This document shows positions 22,818 through 33,213 of a DNA stretch of 64,000 nt, in pieces. Position 1 is the stretch's first letter. Each line of letters begins with the position of its first letter. The position numbers were made by a program, and so were the translations under genes. This DNA comes from Gammaproteobacteria bacterium. Its GTDB lineage: Bacteria > Pseudomonadota > Gammaproteobacteria > G965277405. A model generated the notes under the pieces. That model saw only the letters and a list, made by a program, of their open reading frames with translations, had not been told where the DNA came from and did not search any database. The stretch is taken from contig OZ255726.1 in NCBI GenBank assembly GCA_965277405.1, forward strand, positions 1,984,001-2,048,000, in the 5' to 3' direction.

Positions 22818-24542
22818 TCACATTAGACCAGTAAATAGGCTGTCAATACCTTGTTTTAATTCAGCAACAGCAATCCGTTGTGCGTTTGATCTGTCACGTT
22901 TGGAGTAGTAAATAACACCATCTGCAAGGGTTTTGACCCCAACAGTAAAACGGTGAGGAATGCCTATTAAATCATGTTCATAGAATTTAACCCCAGGGCG
23001 TACGTCTCTATCATCAAGCAATACTTCAATACCACGTGCTTGCAGCAGTGCGTATACCTCCTCTGCCTTGGTTCGTACATCTTGGTTGCTGTCATAGCCA
23101 ATCGCTATAATTGTTGCTTGAAATGGAGCAATTGCCAGCGGCCAAATAATGCCATTGACATCTGAGCATTGTTCAATTGCGGCGGCGACAATTCTGGTAA
23201 TACCTATCCCATAACAACCCATTTGCATTGGTATATCTTCGCCATTTTCGCCGGTAACCATGGCCTGCATTTTTCGTGAATAGGTATCGCCTAATTGGAA
23301 TATATGCCCAACTTCAATCCCGCGCTTAATTTGTAAGACACCGTTGCCATCTGGACTTGGATCGCCAGCCACTGCCATGCGCAAATCAGCAATTTCTGAG
23401 TAGTGTGCATCACGTTGCCAGTTGACACCGCTACAATGGTAGCCTTCTACATTCGCGCCACACACAAAATCACTCAACTCAGCAGCGTTATTGTCGCAAA
23501 GCACAGGAATAGGCAGCTGGATTGGACCGATATATCCTTTGTGCAGCCCAAGATTGGCAATATCTGTATCGTTTGCCATTTGTAACGGCGCAGCAATTTT
23601 GGGATGATTTTCCAGCTTCACTGCATTAAAGCGTTGGTCACCACGCAAAATAACCGCTATAAATCTAAATTGCTCTGGGGTTGAGTTGGCGCTGTGAAAA
23701 ATCATTACTTTGACAGTTTGCTGAGCTGGAAGTTGCAAAAATTTCGCCACGGCATCAATTGTTGGGCAATTTGGTGTTGCGACTTTTGTGAGTGGTTGTT
23801 GCGCTGGTTGGGGGTGTATTGCCAGCGGCAGGGCGACCAACTCGACATTCGCTGCAAAGCTATTGTTATGTGAAAATGCTATGTCATCTTCACCTGAGTC
23901 TGCGAGCACATGAAATTCCTCAGAAGTATCACCGCCAATCGAACCAGAATCAGCCTTAACCGAGCAATAATTCAAGCCAATACGGCTAAAAATATTATGG
24001 TATGCTCGCGCGTAATCAGCGTATGTATGTTGCAAACTTTCCTTGCTGCTGTGAAAGCTATAACCGTCTTTCATCACAAATTCACGCGAGCGCATCACCC
24101 CAAACCGTGGGCGAATTTCGTCACGAAACTTGGTTTGGATTTGAAAAAAATTAAGCGGAAGTTGGCGGAAGCTTTTTATTTCGCCACGCAATACATCAGT
24201 TATGACTTCTTCATGGGTTGGTCCGATGCAAAACTCACGATTATGGCGGTCAGTAAGCCGCAATAATTCCAATCCATAGTCATGCCAACGCTGTGATTCC
24301 TTCCATAAATCAGCAGGTTGAATGCTTGGCATCATTATTTCTTGCGCACCGATTGCTATCAGCTCTTCGCGCACAATTGCTTCAATCTTGCGCATTACCC
24401 GCAAACCCAATGGCAGCCACGTATACATGCCAGATGCGAGTTTGCGAATAAGCCCCGCGCGCACCATCAGCTGATGGCTAATAACCTCAGCTTCAGCAGG
24501 TGTGTCGCGCAGGCAAGGAAAATACAGAGAGCTGGCTTTCAT
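22818..24542 (-). CDS. proS: Prolyl-tRNA synthetase
   Basis: SHQLMVRAG, GPTHEE, FRDEIRPRFG, GIEVGHIFQLG; includes editing domain. Confidence 0.97.
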   Translation of the reverse strand: MKASSLYFPCLRDTPAEAEVISHQLMVRAGLIRKLASGMYTWLPLGLRVMRKIEAIVREELIAIGAQEIMMPSIQPADLWKESQRWHDYGLELLRLTDRHNREFCIGPTHEEVITDVLRGEIKSFRQLPLNFFQIQTKFRDEIRPRFGVMRSREFVMKDGYSFHSSKESLQHTYADYARAYHNIFSRIGLNYCSVKADSGSIGGDTSEEFHVLADSGEDDIAFSHNNSFAANVELVALPLAIHPQPAQQPLTKVATPNCPTIDAVAKFLQLPAQQTVKVMIFHSANSTPEQFRFIAVILRGDQRFNAVKLENHPKIAAPLQMANDTDIANLGLHKGYIGPIQLPIPVLCDNNAAELSDFVCGANVEGYHCSGVNWQRDAHYSEIADLRMAVAGDPSPDGNGVLQIKRGIEVGHIFQLGDTYSRKMQAMVTGENGEDIPMQMGCYGIGITRIVAAAIEQCSDVNGIIWPLAIAPFQATIIAIGYDSNQDVRTKAEEVYALLQARGIEVLLDDRDVRPGVKFYEHDLIGIPHRFTVGVKTLADGVIYYSKRDRSNAQRIAVAELKQGIDSLFTGLM

Positions 24543-24547
24543 CGATG

Positions 24548-24862
24548 TTATTTGATTAAATGGCGAAGATTTGTGAGATGTGCTTTGGGTTTTTCAGCTT
24601 GGCGATACAATACAGCAACTTTGCCGATGCTGTGTACAAGTTGCGCAGCGTGGCTAACGACCAGCTCGTCAATTTTTTTTCGGCGCAAAACACGATCACT
24701 GATATTTATTTTCACTTTAATAACTTCATAGTTGTGCAACGCGACCTCAATTGCATCAGCAATATTTGTTGCAGACGAAGCATCAGTTACAATAACAATA
24801 GGCTTGAGTAGGTGATTGAGTGTTCTTAATTTCTTGATGCTAATGTGTGCTGACATCGTCAT
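24548..24862 (-). CDS. yhbY: YhbY/CRM RNA-binding protein
   Basis: HLLKPIV, YEVIKVKI, VHSIGKVAVLYR. Confidence 0.8.
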   Translation of the reverse strand: MTMSAHISIKKLRTLNHLLKPIVIVTDASSATNIADAIEVALHNYEVIKVKINISDRVLRRKKIDELVVSHAAQLVHSIGKVAVLYRQAEKPKAHLTNLRHLIK

Positions 24863-24876
24863 TTTAAGGTTAAGGT

Positions 24877-25620
24877 TTGGAAAGGTATTATTTAGTGAAT
24901 ACTATAATTATTGGCGTGCTGTTGCTATTCTTGTTAGGTGGATGTGCGTATACTGCTACCGACACAACGCCACAGCATGATACGCCAGCAATCAACGCAC
25001 AACATAGCAGAGAAAAGTATCGGCGTATTGAAGAAAATGCCACAATTCAACCAATCACCAAGCAATTTTCTAATATTTCTACAACAAAAAATATACCAAG
25101 GATTGCTACGCTACCAACTGAAAAAAAATATTTGCGCTTGATTGTTGATGTTGCCACACAACAATTGCTGGTAAAATACCACGGTGTTTTGTTACAGCAA
25201 TATGATATTTCGACTGCCAAAAATGGCATTGGCAACGCCATAAACTCGCTGCAAACACCAATTGGAAAACATATTATTCGTAAGAAAATTGGCACTGGAC
25301 TAGCAGCGCAAACAATTTTAAAGGGTAGGGTGAATACTCAACAAATTGCAGAAATCATTAGCGAGCCAGTTGCTGTCGGCAAAGATTTAGTCACAAGTCG
25401 TATTTTGTGGCTAGCTGGGCTTGAAGATGGCGTGAACAAAGGTAGGGACGCACACGGACAAATTGTTGATTCGTATCAACGATATATATATATTCACGGC
25501 ACCAATGAAGAAGGCTTGATTGGCAGCCCAGCGTCGAACGGCTGTGTACGGATGCGCAACGAAGATGTAATCCAGCTGTATACCATGGTTGCTGAAGGCA
25601 CCGAAGTTGTCATTCGATAA
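24877..25620 (+). CDS. L,D-transpeptidase (YkuD family) lipoprotein
   Basis: Lipobox LGGC; IYIHGT...ASNGCVRM catalytic motif; start uncertain. Confidence 0.88.
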   Translation: MERYYLVNTIIIGVLLLFLLGGCAYTATDTTPQHDTPAINAQHSREKYRRIEENATIQPITKQFSNISTTKNIPRIATLPTEKKYLRLIVDVATQQLLVKYHGVLLQQYDISTAKNGIGNAINSLQTPIGKHIIRKKIGTGLAAQTILKGRVNTQQIAEIISEPVAVGKDLVTSRILWLAGLEDGVNKGRDAHGQIVDSYQRYIYIHGTNEEGLIGSPASNGCVRMRNEDVIQLYTMVAEGTEVVIR

Positions 25621-26326
25621 TGTCTTGGCAATTGATGCGACAACCGCTGTTGTCAGCGTTGGTCTGTTCCATCAGCAACAGATATGCTATCGAGAAAATG
25701 ACAACAAGCTTGCCGGCAGAGCACTATTACCAATGGTCGATGCAGTTTGTCGTGAGGCGAAAATAGCAAAAACTGATATTACTGCAATCGCCTGCAATAT
25801 TGGACCTGGTAAGTTTGTTGGGCTGCGGCTCGGGTTTGCAGTAGCAGCTGGGATTGCAATTGGGCTTGGTATTCCGATTATCTCAATGTCTGGGCTGGTG
25901 GCACGATGCTGGCAAGCTTGGCAACAATACCAGAACTACCACAGCATCTATACTGTTGAGGATGCGCGCCAAGGTCAACTGTACATATATCATTCATTGA
26001 GCATGCAACAAACAATCTCAGACATGCAATCGATTGCAACCACCACCAATGCCTTTGCCGCACAACTCAAACTGCAGGCGACATTGCCTATCACCGCCAC
26101 ACAGCCAACACTAGCATTGGGTGAGATATTGGCAGATAGCAGCGTGATTGATCACAGCAATATTGGTGCAACATTGCAGCTAGTATCTAGCTTTGATACC
26201 CCACTGTGTTGTGCACTGCTACAGGCTGCCCAAGGCGCGATGCTGACGCGGCTTCACCCTAGCCAAATACGGCTGATGTACAAACGCAATAACGTAGCGC
26301 AACCGCAACAACTAATGCAGAGATAA
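25589..26326 (+). CDS. tsaB: tRNA threonylcarbamoyladenosine biosynthesis protein TsaB
   Basis: LAIDAT, GPGKFVGLRLG, DARQGQLY (divergent). Confidence 0.85.
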   Translation: MLKAPKLSFDNVLAIDATTAVVSVGLFHQQQICYRENDNKLAGRALLPMVDAVCREAKIAKTDITAIACNIGPGKFVGLRLGFAVAAGIAIGLGIPIISMSGLVARCWQAWQQYQNYHSIYTVEDARQGQLYIYHSLSMQQTISDMQSIATTTNAFAAQLKLQATLPITATQPTLALGEILADSSVIDHSNIGATLQLVSSFDTPLCCALLQAAQGAMLTRLHPSQIRLMYKRNNVAQPQQLMQR

Positions 26327-26359
26327 CCACCCATACCCCCCATAACACGCCTGCCAACA

Positions 26360-26380
26360 AACTCGCTGCAGCAGCGAGTT
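26360..26380. repeat. REP-like palindrome / bidirectional terminator between convergent tsaB and radC
   Basis: AACTCGCTG-CAG-CAGCGAGTT. Confidence 0.6.
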
Positions 26381-26393
26381 AAGCAGCGGTTCG

Positions 26394-27077
26394 CTACGGC
26401 TGCACATCACCGTGCATTACCATTGAGTAGCAGTGGTTGCTGCCGACAATAATATGATCGAGTACTTTGGCATCGACGAGGGCGCAGGCTTTGATGATGG
26501 TGTTGGTGATGGCGATGTCTGCATTGCTTGGTTTGGTATCACCTGAAGGGTGGTTGTGGGCTAAGATAATATTGCTGGCATCAAGTTCAAGGAGGCGGCG
26601 GATGATGATGCGCGGGTATACTGCAGATTGGTTGATTGTTCCATAAAACATCCGTTCGCTGCGAATCAGTTGGTTTTTTGTATCGAGGAACATTGTCAAA
26701 AACGTTTCCTTGGCTTTGTTGCTGAGTTCGAGCTGTAAGTAGTCAAACGCGTGTTGTGTTTGGGTGATTTGGATTGGCTGCTGATGGAGGTGTTCGCGGA
26801 TTTGGCGTTTGACGAGCTCTTTGCATGCTTGGAGGGTGATATAGCTGACACTGCCGACACCATGCAGCGTACAAAATTCGCGTTGGGTTGCCGCAAATAC
26901 ATTATGCAGGCTACCAAAGTGGCTGAGCATATTTTGGGCAATGTCGAGTGCATTGGCGTGTTGCGTACCAGTGCGCAGGCAAATTGCTAATAGTTCGGCA
27001 TTCGACAGATGGGTTGCGCCAAGACGTTGCAGTCGTTCGCGTGGTCGCTGTTCTGCGACTATATGCTTAAGTTTCAT
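26394..27077 (-). CDS. radC: RadC/JAB-domain protein
   Basis: RPRERL, LSNAELLAI, HNHPSGD, VLDHIIVG. Confidence 0.93.
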   Translation of the reverse strand: MKLKHIVAEQRPRERLQRLGATHLSNAELLAICLRTGTQHANALDIAQNMLSHFGSLHNVFAATQREFCTLHGVGSVSYITLQACKELVKRQIREHLHQQPIQITQTQHAFDYLQLELSNKAKETFLTMFLDTKNQLIRSERMFYGTINQSAVYPRIIIRRLLELDASNIILAHNHPSGDTKPSNADIAITNTIIKACALVDAKVLDHIIVGSNHCYSMVMHGDVQP

Positions 27078-28722
27078 GCGCGCGGCGAATCATTTCGCGC
27101 GCGTGAGACAGTGATTGTTCGGTCACGGTTGTCCCGCCAACCATTCGGGCAATTTCCTGGATGCGTTCTGCATTTTTGAGCAGCTTGAGTTTGCTGAAGG
27201 TCGCTTGATTGATCGATGTTTTGCTGGCCTGCCAGTGGTGGTGTGCCAGTGCTGCAACTTGCGGCTGGTGGGTAACACATATTACTTGTCCTTTTGCTCC
27301 GAGTTGTCGCAATAACGTCCCAACCACTTCTGCTGTTGAGCCGCCGATGCCGACATCGACTTCGTCAAAGATCAAACTTGGAATATCAATCAGATTGGCT
27401 TGAACCACTTGGATAATTAAGCTCAATCGTGACAATTCTCCGCCAGAGGCGATTTTTCGTAATGGCTTTGCTGGCTGCCCTAGATTGGTAATAACGGTAA
27501 ATTCGATGCGTTCAAGACCATAGCTGCTTGGTTCATCTGCATTTAAGTCAACGATAAATTTGCCACCATGAAACGACAATTGTTCCATCATTTGGCTAAT
27601 ATGTGACTCGAATAATGCTTTTTTTGTGTGGCGTTTTGCCGATAATTCCCCAGCTACGGTCTGCCATTGTTGTTTGAGTTCGGCGAGGGTTTGTTCGAGC
27701 TTGGCAAGGTCGACAGATTCATCAATAGCTGCTAAATCTTCTTGGAGTTGTTGGTATATTGTGTCTAGTTTTTCTGGCTGGGCATTGTGTTTGCGGGCGA
27801 TTGAAGTGTAGGCAGTTACGCGTGCTTGGAGGCTGGCAAATTCCGCTGCGTCAAACTCTAGCGAGCTTTGAAAGAAGTCAAGCCAGCGTTGTGCTTCTTC
27901 GAGGTTGATGATTCCAGATTGCAGAAATTCATTGAGTTCAACGAATGTTTCTTCAGATTCGAGTGTTTTTGTTGATTGTACCAGCAGTTGCCGCGCGCCA
28001 TGTTCTTCGTCAAACAATGATTGTTGCACCATGTTACTGGTCGACTGAATCGCTTCGATGTTTGCCATCAGCCGAAAACGCTGTTCAGACTGATAATATT
28101 CCTCGGCGTTAGGCGCGAGTTTGTTGAGCTCATCAATTTGAAACCGTAAGTCTTCACGGCGTTCGCTAAGTTTACCTGCATCTTGGCGTTGTTGTTGCAG
28201 TTGATCTGCAAGTTTATGGATTTGTAACCACAGCATTTGAGTTTGTTCAGCCTGCTGCGTGGCGCCAACAAAGCGGTCGAATAGCTGAGCTTGGGTGCTG
28301 GGGCGCAGCAGTGATTGGAATTCATGTTGGTTGTGCAAATCAACCAACCATTGACCAAGTTGTTTCAGCGCCGCTGCGCCTACCAGTTGACCATTGATGT
28401 AGGCGCGTGATTGACCACCTGCATTGATAACACGCCGCAGCAAGCATTCGTGCGGATTTTCTTCAGCCAAGTCGTTGTCGGCAAGCCATGCCTGTGCCTG
28501 TGGGGCTTGCTCTAAGGCAAAGGCGGCGCTGATAACACATTGATTGCTACCCATCCGCACGCAGCTTGGGCTGGCACGTTCGCCAAGAACCAGGCTGAGG
28601 GCATCCAATATCATCGATTTTCCAGCGCCAGTTTCACCCGTAATCGCAGACATACCGCCAAACCATTCAACGTCTAAATGTTCGACAAGTTCAAATTGAC
28701 GGATGCAGAGTTGCTTGAGCAT
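27067..28722 (-). CDS. recN: DNA repair protein RecN
   Basis: TGETGAGKS, ASGGELSR, IFDEVDVGIGG, VTHQPQVA. Confidence 0.96.
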   Translation of the reverse strand: MLKQLCIRQFELVEHLDVEWFGGMSAITGETGAGKSMILDALSLVLGERASPSCVRMGSNQCVISAAFALEQAPQAQAWLADNDLAEENPHECLLRRVINAGGQSRAYINGQLVGAAALKQLGQWLVDLHNQHEFQSLLRPSTQAQLFDRFVGATQQAEQTQMLWLQIHKLADQLQQQRQDAGKLSERREDLRFQIDELNKLAPNAEEYYQSEQRFRLMANIEAIQSTSNMVQQSLFDEEHGARQLLVQSTKTLESEETFVELNEFLQSGIINLEEAQRWLDFFQSSLEFDAAEFASLQARVTAYTSIARKHNAQPEKLDTIYQQLQEDLAAIDESVDLAKLEQTLAELKQQWQTVAGELSAKRHTKKALFESHISQMMEQLSFHGGKFIVDLNADEPSSYGLERIEFTVITNLGQPAKPLRKIASGGELSRLSLIIQVVQANLIDIPSLIFDEVDVGIGGSTAEVVGTLLRQLGAKGQVICVTHQPQVAALAHHHWQASKTSINQATFSKLKLLKNAERIQEIARMVGGTTVTEQSLSHAREMIRRAHET

Positions 28723-28725
28723 GGC

Positions 28726-30708
28726 TTATGGCTGCATTAATTTTTTTGCCTGTGCAACAATCTGCGCAGCGGTTAAGCCAAAATGGCTATACAGGTCGTT
28801 GATTGGCGCAGATTCGCCAAATGTACTAATACCAAGTGATACGCCGTTGCCAACATACTTGCGTAATCCGTCAGGGTGTCCGGCTTCGATGGCAATTATC
28901 GGTAGCTTACCCAGCACTTGTTGTTGATATTGTGTTGATTGTCTGTCGAATACTGATGTCGATGGCATGGAAACCACCCGTGCTGCGATATTTTGTTCGC
29001 GCAATAATTGCTGTGCTTGGCAGCAGATTTCAACTTCGCTGCCACTGGCAAGCAGCGTGACTTTGGCGTTATCCATATCATTGAGCAGATAGCCGCCTGT
29101 ATGGATATCGTGGTGGAATTGCTGGGTGACAGATTCGAGTCCTTGTCGGGTCAGGCATAGTACGCTTGGACCATCAGCGTGGGCAATTGCTTGTTGCCAA
29201 GCCACAGCTGTTTCGGCAGCGTCGGCTGGGCGCCATAGCGTCAAGTTTGGTATCAGTCGCAATGAGGCAAGGTGTTCGATTGGTTGGTGGGTCGGGCCGT
29301 CTTCACCAAGACCAATCGAATCGTGGGTAAATACATAGATGATGCGCTGGTGCATCAATGCAGACATGCGAATAGCGTTGCGACAGTAATCGCTAAACAC
29401 TAAAAAAGTGCCGACATATGGAATGAATCCACCATGCAGCGCGATGCCGTTAGCAATTGCCGCCATGCCAAATTCCCGAACACCATATGATAAGTGGTTT
29501 CCTATTTGTTGGCCTGTATGGGCAATGCAGCCAGTAAAGTTTGTCAAGTTTGACCCAGTTAGATCTGCGCTGCCTCCGAATAATTCTGGCATTGTTGGCG
29601 CATACGCGCTCAACGCTAATTGGCTGGCTTTTCTGGTGGCAATTTTTTGTGTGCCGCTGCGCGCTTGGTTGATGTATGCCGTTGCGACGGTGGAGAAATC
29701 AGGCGGTAACACACCTGCAACCCGGCGCAGTAATTCTGCTGCTTGGGCTGGTGCAGCCTGGCTATACGCAGCGAATGTTTGTTGCCAGTCTGCTTCTAGT
29801 ATTGCTCCGTTGTTGGACATATCCCATGCAGATTTGATTGCTGCTGGAATTGCAAATGGTGGATGCGGCCAGTTGAGTGTTGCTCGCGTCGCTTGCAGCT
29901 CTGCGGCACCCAGCGGTGCTCCATGGACCCCACCGCTGCCTTGCTTGTTTGGGGCACCTTTGCCAATGATAGTCTTGCAACAAATCAGCGTTGCTGCATT
30001 CGCGGTTTTGGCTTGGCGAAGAGCAGCATCGATTTGTGCTGGATTATGTCCGTCTATGTTGTCAATGACATTCCAATGATAGGCGCGAAAGCGCGCAGCA
30101 GTATCGTCGTTAAACCACGGCGCCACAGCACCGTCTATCGAAATGCCGTTATCGTCGTAAATTACAATCAATTTATTGAGCTGCAACACCCCTGCGAGCG
30201 AGCAAACTTCGTGGCTTATCCCTTCCATTAAACAGCCATCGCCAATGAATGCATAGGTGTGGTGGTCGATGATGGTATGCGTATCTGTGTTATACGTTGC
30301 TGCAAGGATTTTTTCCGCCAGTGCCATGCCAACTGCATTGGCAAGCCCTTGTCCAAGTGGGCCTGTGGTGGTTTCTATCCCAGGCGTTAAACCGAGTTCA
30401 GGATGGCCAGGAGTTTTGCTATGTAACTGGCGAAATTGCTTGATGTCTTCAATGGATATGTCGTAGCCAGTTAAGTGCAATAGGGCATACACCAACATGG
30501 AACCATGTCCATTTGAGAGCACAAAACGATCACGATTCAACCAGTTTGGGTTGTTGGGGTTGTGGCGTAAATGTTTAGTCCAGAGCACGGTAGCAATGTC
30601 AGCCATGCCCATTGGCGCGCCAGGATGACCAGATTTTGCTAGCTCTACTGCGTCGGCTGACAGCATGCGGATTGCGTTTGCCATTTGCTGTTCAGAAGGG
30701 TTCTTCAT
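28726..30708 (-). CDS. tkt: Transketolase
   Basis: SGHPGAPMG, GDGCLMEG, HDSIGLGEDGPTHQP. Confidence 0.97.
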   Translation of the reverse strand: MKNPSEQQMANAIRMLSADAVELAKSGHPGAPMGMADIATVLWTKHLRHNPNNPNWLNRDRFVLSNGHGSMLVYALLHLTGYDISIEDIKQFRQLHSKTPGHPELGLTPGIETTTGPLGQGLANAVGMALAEKILAATYNTDTHTIIDHHTYAFIGDGCLMEGISHEVCSLAGVLQLNKLIVIYDDNGISIDGAVAPWFNDDTAARFRAYHWNVIDNIDGHNPAQIDAALRQAKTANAATLICCKTIIGKGAPNKQGSGGVHGAPLGAAELQATRATLNWPHPPFAIPAAIKSAWDMSNNGAILEADWQQTFAAYSQAAPAQAAELLRRVAGVLPPDFSTVATAYINQARSGTQKIATRKASQLALSAYAPTMPELFGGSADLTGSNLTNFTGCIAHTGQQIGNHLSYGVREFGMAAIANGIALHGGFIPYVGTFLVFSDYCRNAIRMSALMHQRIIYVFTHDSIGLGEDGPTHQPIEHLASLRLIPNLTLWRPADAAETAVAWQQAIAHADGPSVLCLTRQGLESVTQQFHHDIHTGGYLLNDMDNAKVTLLASGSEVEICCQAQQLLREQNIAARVVSMPSTSVFDRQSTQYQQQVLGKLPIIAIEAGHPDGLRKYVGNGVSLGISTFGESAPINDLYSHFGLTAAQIVAQAKKLMQP

Positions 30709-30788
30709 ACAATAATTCCGTGCAAAATTGGCATGATACGGTTTTCAGATAAAAAATGGCAGCCCTGCGCTGCATTCAATCACTACCT

Positions 30789-31649
30789 TTAGCGTAACCA
30801 CAATGATTTTTTAAATCCATAGACGACAAAGCCAAGCGATACCAGCTGTTGCAGCATCAGAATCGTTTTGCCTTGCAGTAGCATTAACGCAGCCATACTG
30901 AGGTTCATCAACATGAAAAAACACCATCCGTAAGCGTTGTTGTTGGCAATTGCATAGCTTCCTAGTAAGAACCCGAACATCACAGCTATTTCTAATACTT
31001 GTGAAATAGCTGTAATACCAGCATGATGGTAGATGCTATAGCTCAAGCCAATCGTTAGAGAAACGTACGTACAGCAGACAACGATAAGAGTAAATAGCTT
31101 TTGTTGTTGTTGATTTTCGTAGTAACTGTTGTATAGCCCTAACAGCATAGCAGGCACGGCTCCAACTTGGATTGATGCAGCTATCCAGTCATGTTCACCA
31201 ATTAATATAACCGCCCAAGCTGGTACGCCCAAGATATACACAAGCCAACCAGTTATTTTTAGGTGTTTTTTAAGCTGCGATGGTTGGCCTGCTGCTAAGG
31301 AAGCTCTGATTAAGTCGCTGATGGAGCGAGTTTGCCTGCAAGTGCTGATGATTGCAAGGCGCATTCCGCAGGCGCATGCCGTAGCATATACGCCAAGGGA
31401 TGCAACACAGCAAGTACCGCTGCAGCAAACCTTTGTATATTCAACAGAAGGACGGGAAAAAACGCTGCGCTAACGTCGTTGCAGCACTTGATAATACCAC
31501 CAGTATTATCTGCGCACTGCGCCTAGTTATCATCAGCGTTTTTTCTCCGTCTCGCCCATCATGGACTTAATCAGAGCTTCCCTAACGGCAAATAATATTT
31601 TATTTGCGAGGTAAAATACACCAGCTCAAACTTGGAGTAGTAGATCCAT
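30789..31649 (-). pseudogene. Membrane protein gene (possibly PnuC-like transporter) disrupted by a MITE, a TGA and a frameshift
   Basis: 5' fragment from ATG 31649 reads MDLLLQV*AGVFYLANKILFA up to the MITE; multi-TM body continues LAAGQP...GWLVYILGVPAW beyond it; removing MITE plus one TSD leaves a 1-nt offset. Confidence 0.6.
31299..31581 (+). mobile_element. IS5-family MITE, copy A (283 bp)
   Basis: TIRs GGAAGCTCTGATTAAGTC / GACTTAATCAGAGCTTCC; CTAA duplication at 31295-31298 and 31582-31585. Confidence 0.93.
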
Positions 31650-31783
31650 ACATGTATATCCTTGGGGAACTCGCTACAGTTATACTTGTTGTTGCAACTT
31701 GCTGCAACTTGCTGCAACTTGCAATTGCTGCATTGTGTGGGCACACTCGCCATAGAAAAATTTTATTATCGAGCGGTTGGAGT

Positions 31784-32716
31784 ATGAACGCAACGAGTCT
31801 GTTTACCACATTAGCACCAATATTAGCATTGATTGTGTTGGGTTACGTATTGCGGCGGTTGAAGATTGTCCCAAAAACGGCTTGGGCTGGTATTGAACGT
31901 ATTACGTATTACGTGTTATTTCCAGCATTATTAATCAACGCTATTGGCAGCCAGAGTGTTATTGGCACACCGTGGCGTGACATGATGCTGGTTGCAGTCG
32001 TCGGTATTAGTATTCCAGCAATTTTATTAATTGCCGGGTATACATTGCATAAATGGTGCGATGGAGCATTGTTTTGCTCAGTATTTCAAGGAGGAGTGCG
32101 CTTTAATAATTACATTTTTCTTGCGGTTGTTCAAGGGTTGTTTGGGATGAAAGGCTTGGCATATGGGTCGATGATTGCTGGGGTTATTATAGTTATTATT
32201 AATTTATTGTGCATATTTGTCTTTGCAAAATGGGGGCGTGGTGTGCAGAAAGGGGCGTTGGCAATATGTAAAGATATGGTGACGAACCCGCTGATTATTG
32301 GTTGTGGCATCGGCTGGTTTTTAAGTGTGGCTGGGCTGCGCTTGCATGGTGTTGCTGGGGATACGCTGACGATTATTAGCAATGCAGCGTTGCCGTTGGG
32401 GCTGCTTGCCGTTGGTGCGGCACTGCAAGTGCGAGCAATGTTCAAACACATGCTCCCCACAGGGATAACAACGATATTTCAATTTGTATTGAAGCCGTGC
32501 ATTGTCGCTTCATGCGTTGCGTTGACGGGATTATCTGGAGTAGCGGCAGGGGTCTTATTGATTGCGTTTATGGTGCCGACTGCGCCGTCTGCATATATTT
32601 TGGCACGCCAATTGGGTGGAGACAGCCAAGCGATGGCGTCGATTATTACTTTTCAGACGGCGTTGGCGTTCGTTGCAATGCCGCTAATTGGGGTATTGGT
32701 ACTGGGAAATAACTAG
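31784..32716 (+). CDS. AEC-family transporter
   Basis: About 10 TM segments; YYVLFPALL, RFNNYI, NPLII, PTAPSAYILARQLGGD. Confidence 0.9.
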   Translation: MNATSLFTTLAPILALIVLGYVLRRLKIVPKTAWAGIERITYYVLFPALLINAIGSQSVIGTPWRDMMLVAVVGISIPAILLIAGYTLHKWCDGALFCSVFQGGVRFNNYIFLAVVQGLFGMKGLAYGSMIAGVIIVIINLLCIFVFAKWGRGVQKGALAICKDMVTNPLIIGCGIGWFLSVAGLRLHGVAGDTLTIISNAALPLGLLAVGAALQVRAMFKHMLPTGITTIFQFVLKPCIVASCVALTGLSGVAAGVLLIAFMVPTAPSAYILARQLGGDSQAMASIITFQTALAFVAMPLIGVLVLGNN

Positions 32717-33039
32717 CCGCGTGTAGATGAAGGCTGTAGTGGCGGGTGCAATCCTGAAATTGCTGTTGCCAAATCAAAATCTCGTTGTGAAATTCCAGCG
32801 CATGCATGGGTGATGAGGCAAATTGTGACTTGGTTATAGATGTTCGACCATTCAGGGTGATGATTAGCTCGTTCTGCCAACAACGCGACTTGGGACATAA
32901 ACCCAAAAGCCGAGATAAAATCAACAAAGGTAAACGTCCTGCACAGTTTGTCATTGACAACAGTCCATGGCATGGGGCAGGCGTTATTGAGAATGGCGAG
33001 TTCAGCCGATATTGTATGTTGTGTGAATGGTTTATCCAT
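32713..33039 (-). CDS. phhB: Pterin-4a-carbinolamine dehydratase
   Basis: AERANHHPEWSNIYN, LITH...GISQRDFDLA. Confidence 0.92.
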   Translation of the reverse strand: MDKPFTQHTISAELAILNNACPMPWTVVNDKLCRTFTFVDFISAFGFMSQVALLAERANHHPEWSNIYNQVTICLITHACAGISQRDFDLATAISGLHPPLQPSSTRG

Positions 33040-33213
33040 CGGTATTCTCTGCTATTTCTTTGGACTGTGCAGCGACAATTGTCTGGTCGATACGTAAAAC
33101 GCCGTGGTTGTCGCGGTGTTCGCAGGACACGCTAGGCGCAACTATAATCCCCTGTATAGTTTTATCAACATGGTTTTGTTGTGGTAGGACTGTGTTCCTT
33201 AGTATCAAGTTGG

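Noticed and set aside
31626-31628. In-frame TGA as evidence of UGA=Trp recoding
   Set aside because: TGA terminates rplK, the RHH antitoxin and the HEPN gene, and tRNA-Trp has a CCA anticodon; a nonsense mutation is simpler.
31604-31783. N-terminal extension of the AEC transporter, and similar extensions called for parE (47698), dsbD (60945), putA (37097) and the DMT gene (43940)
   Set aside because: Longest-ORF artefacts; family-typical starts, mostly with SD-like sequences, lie downstream.
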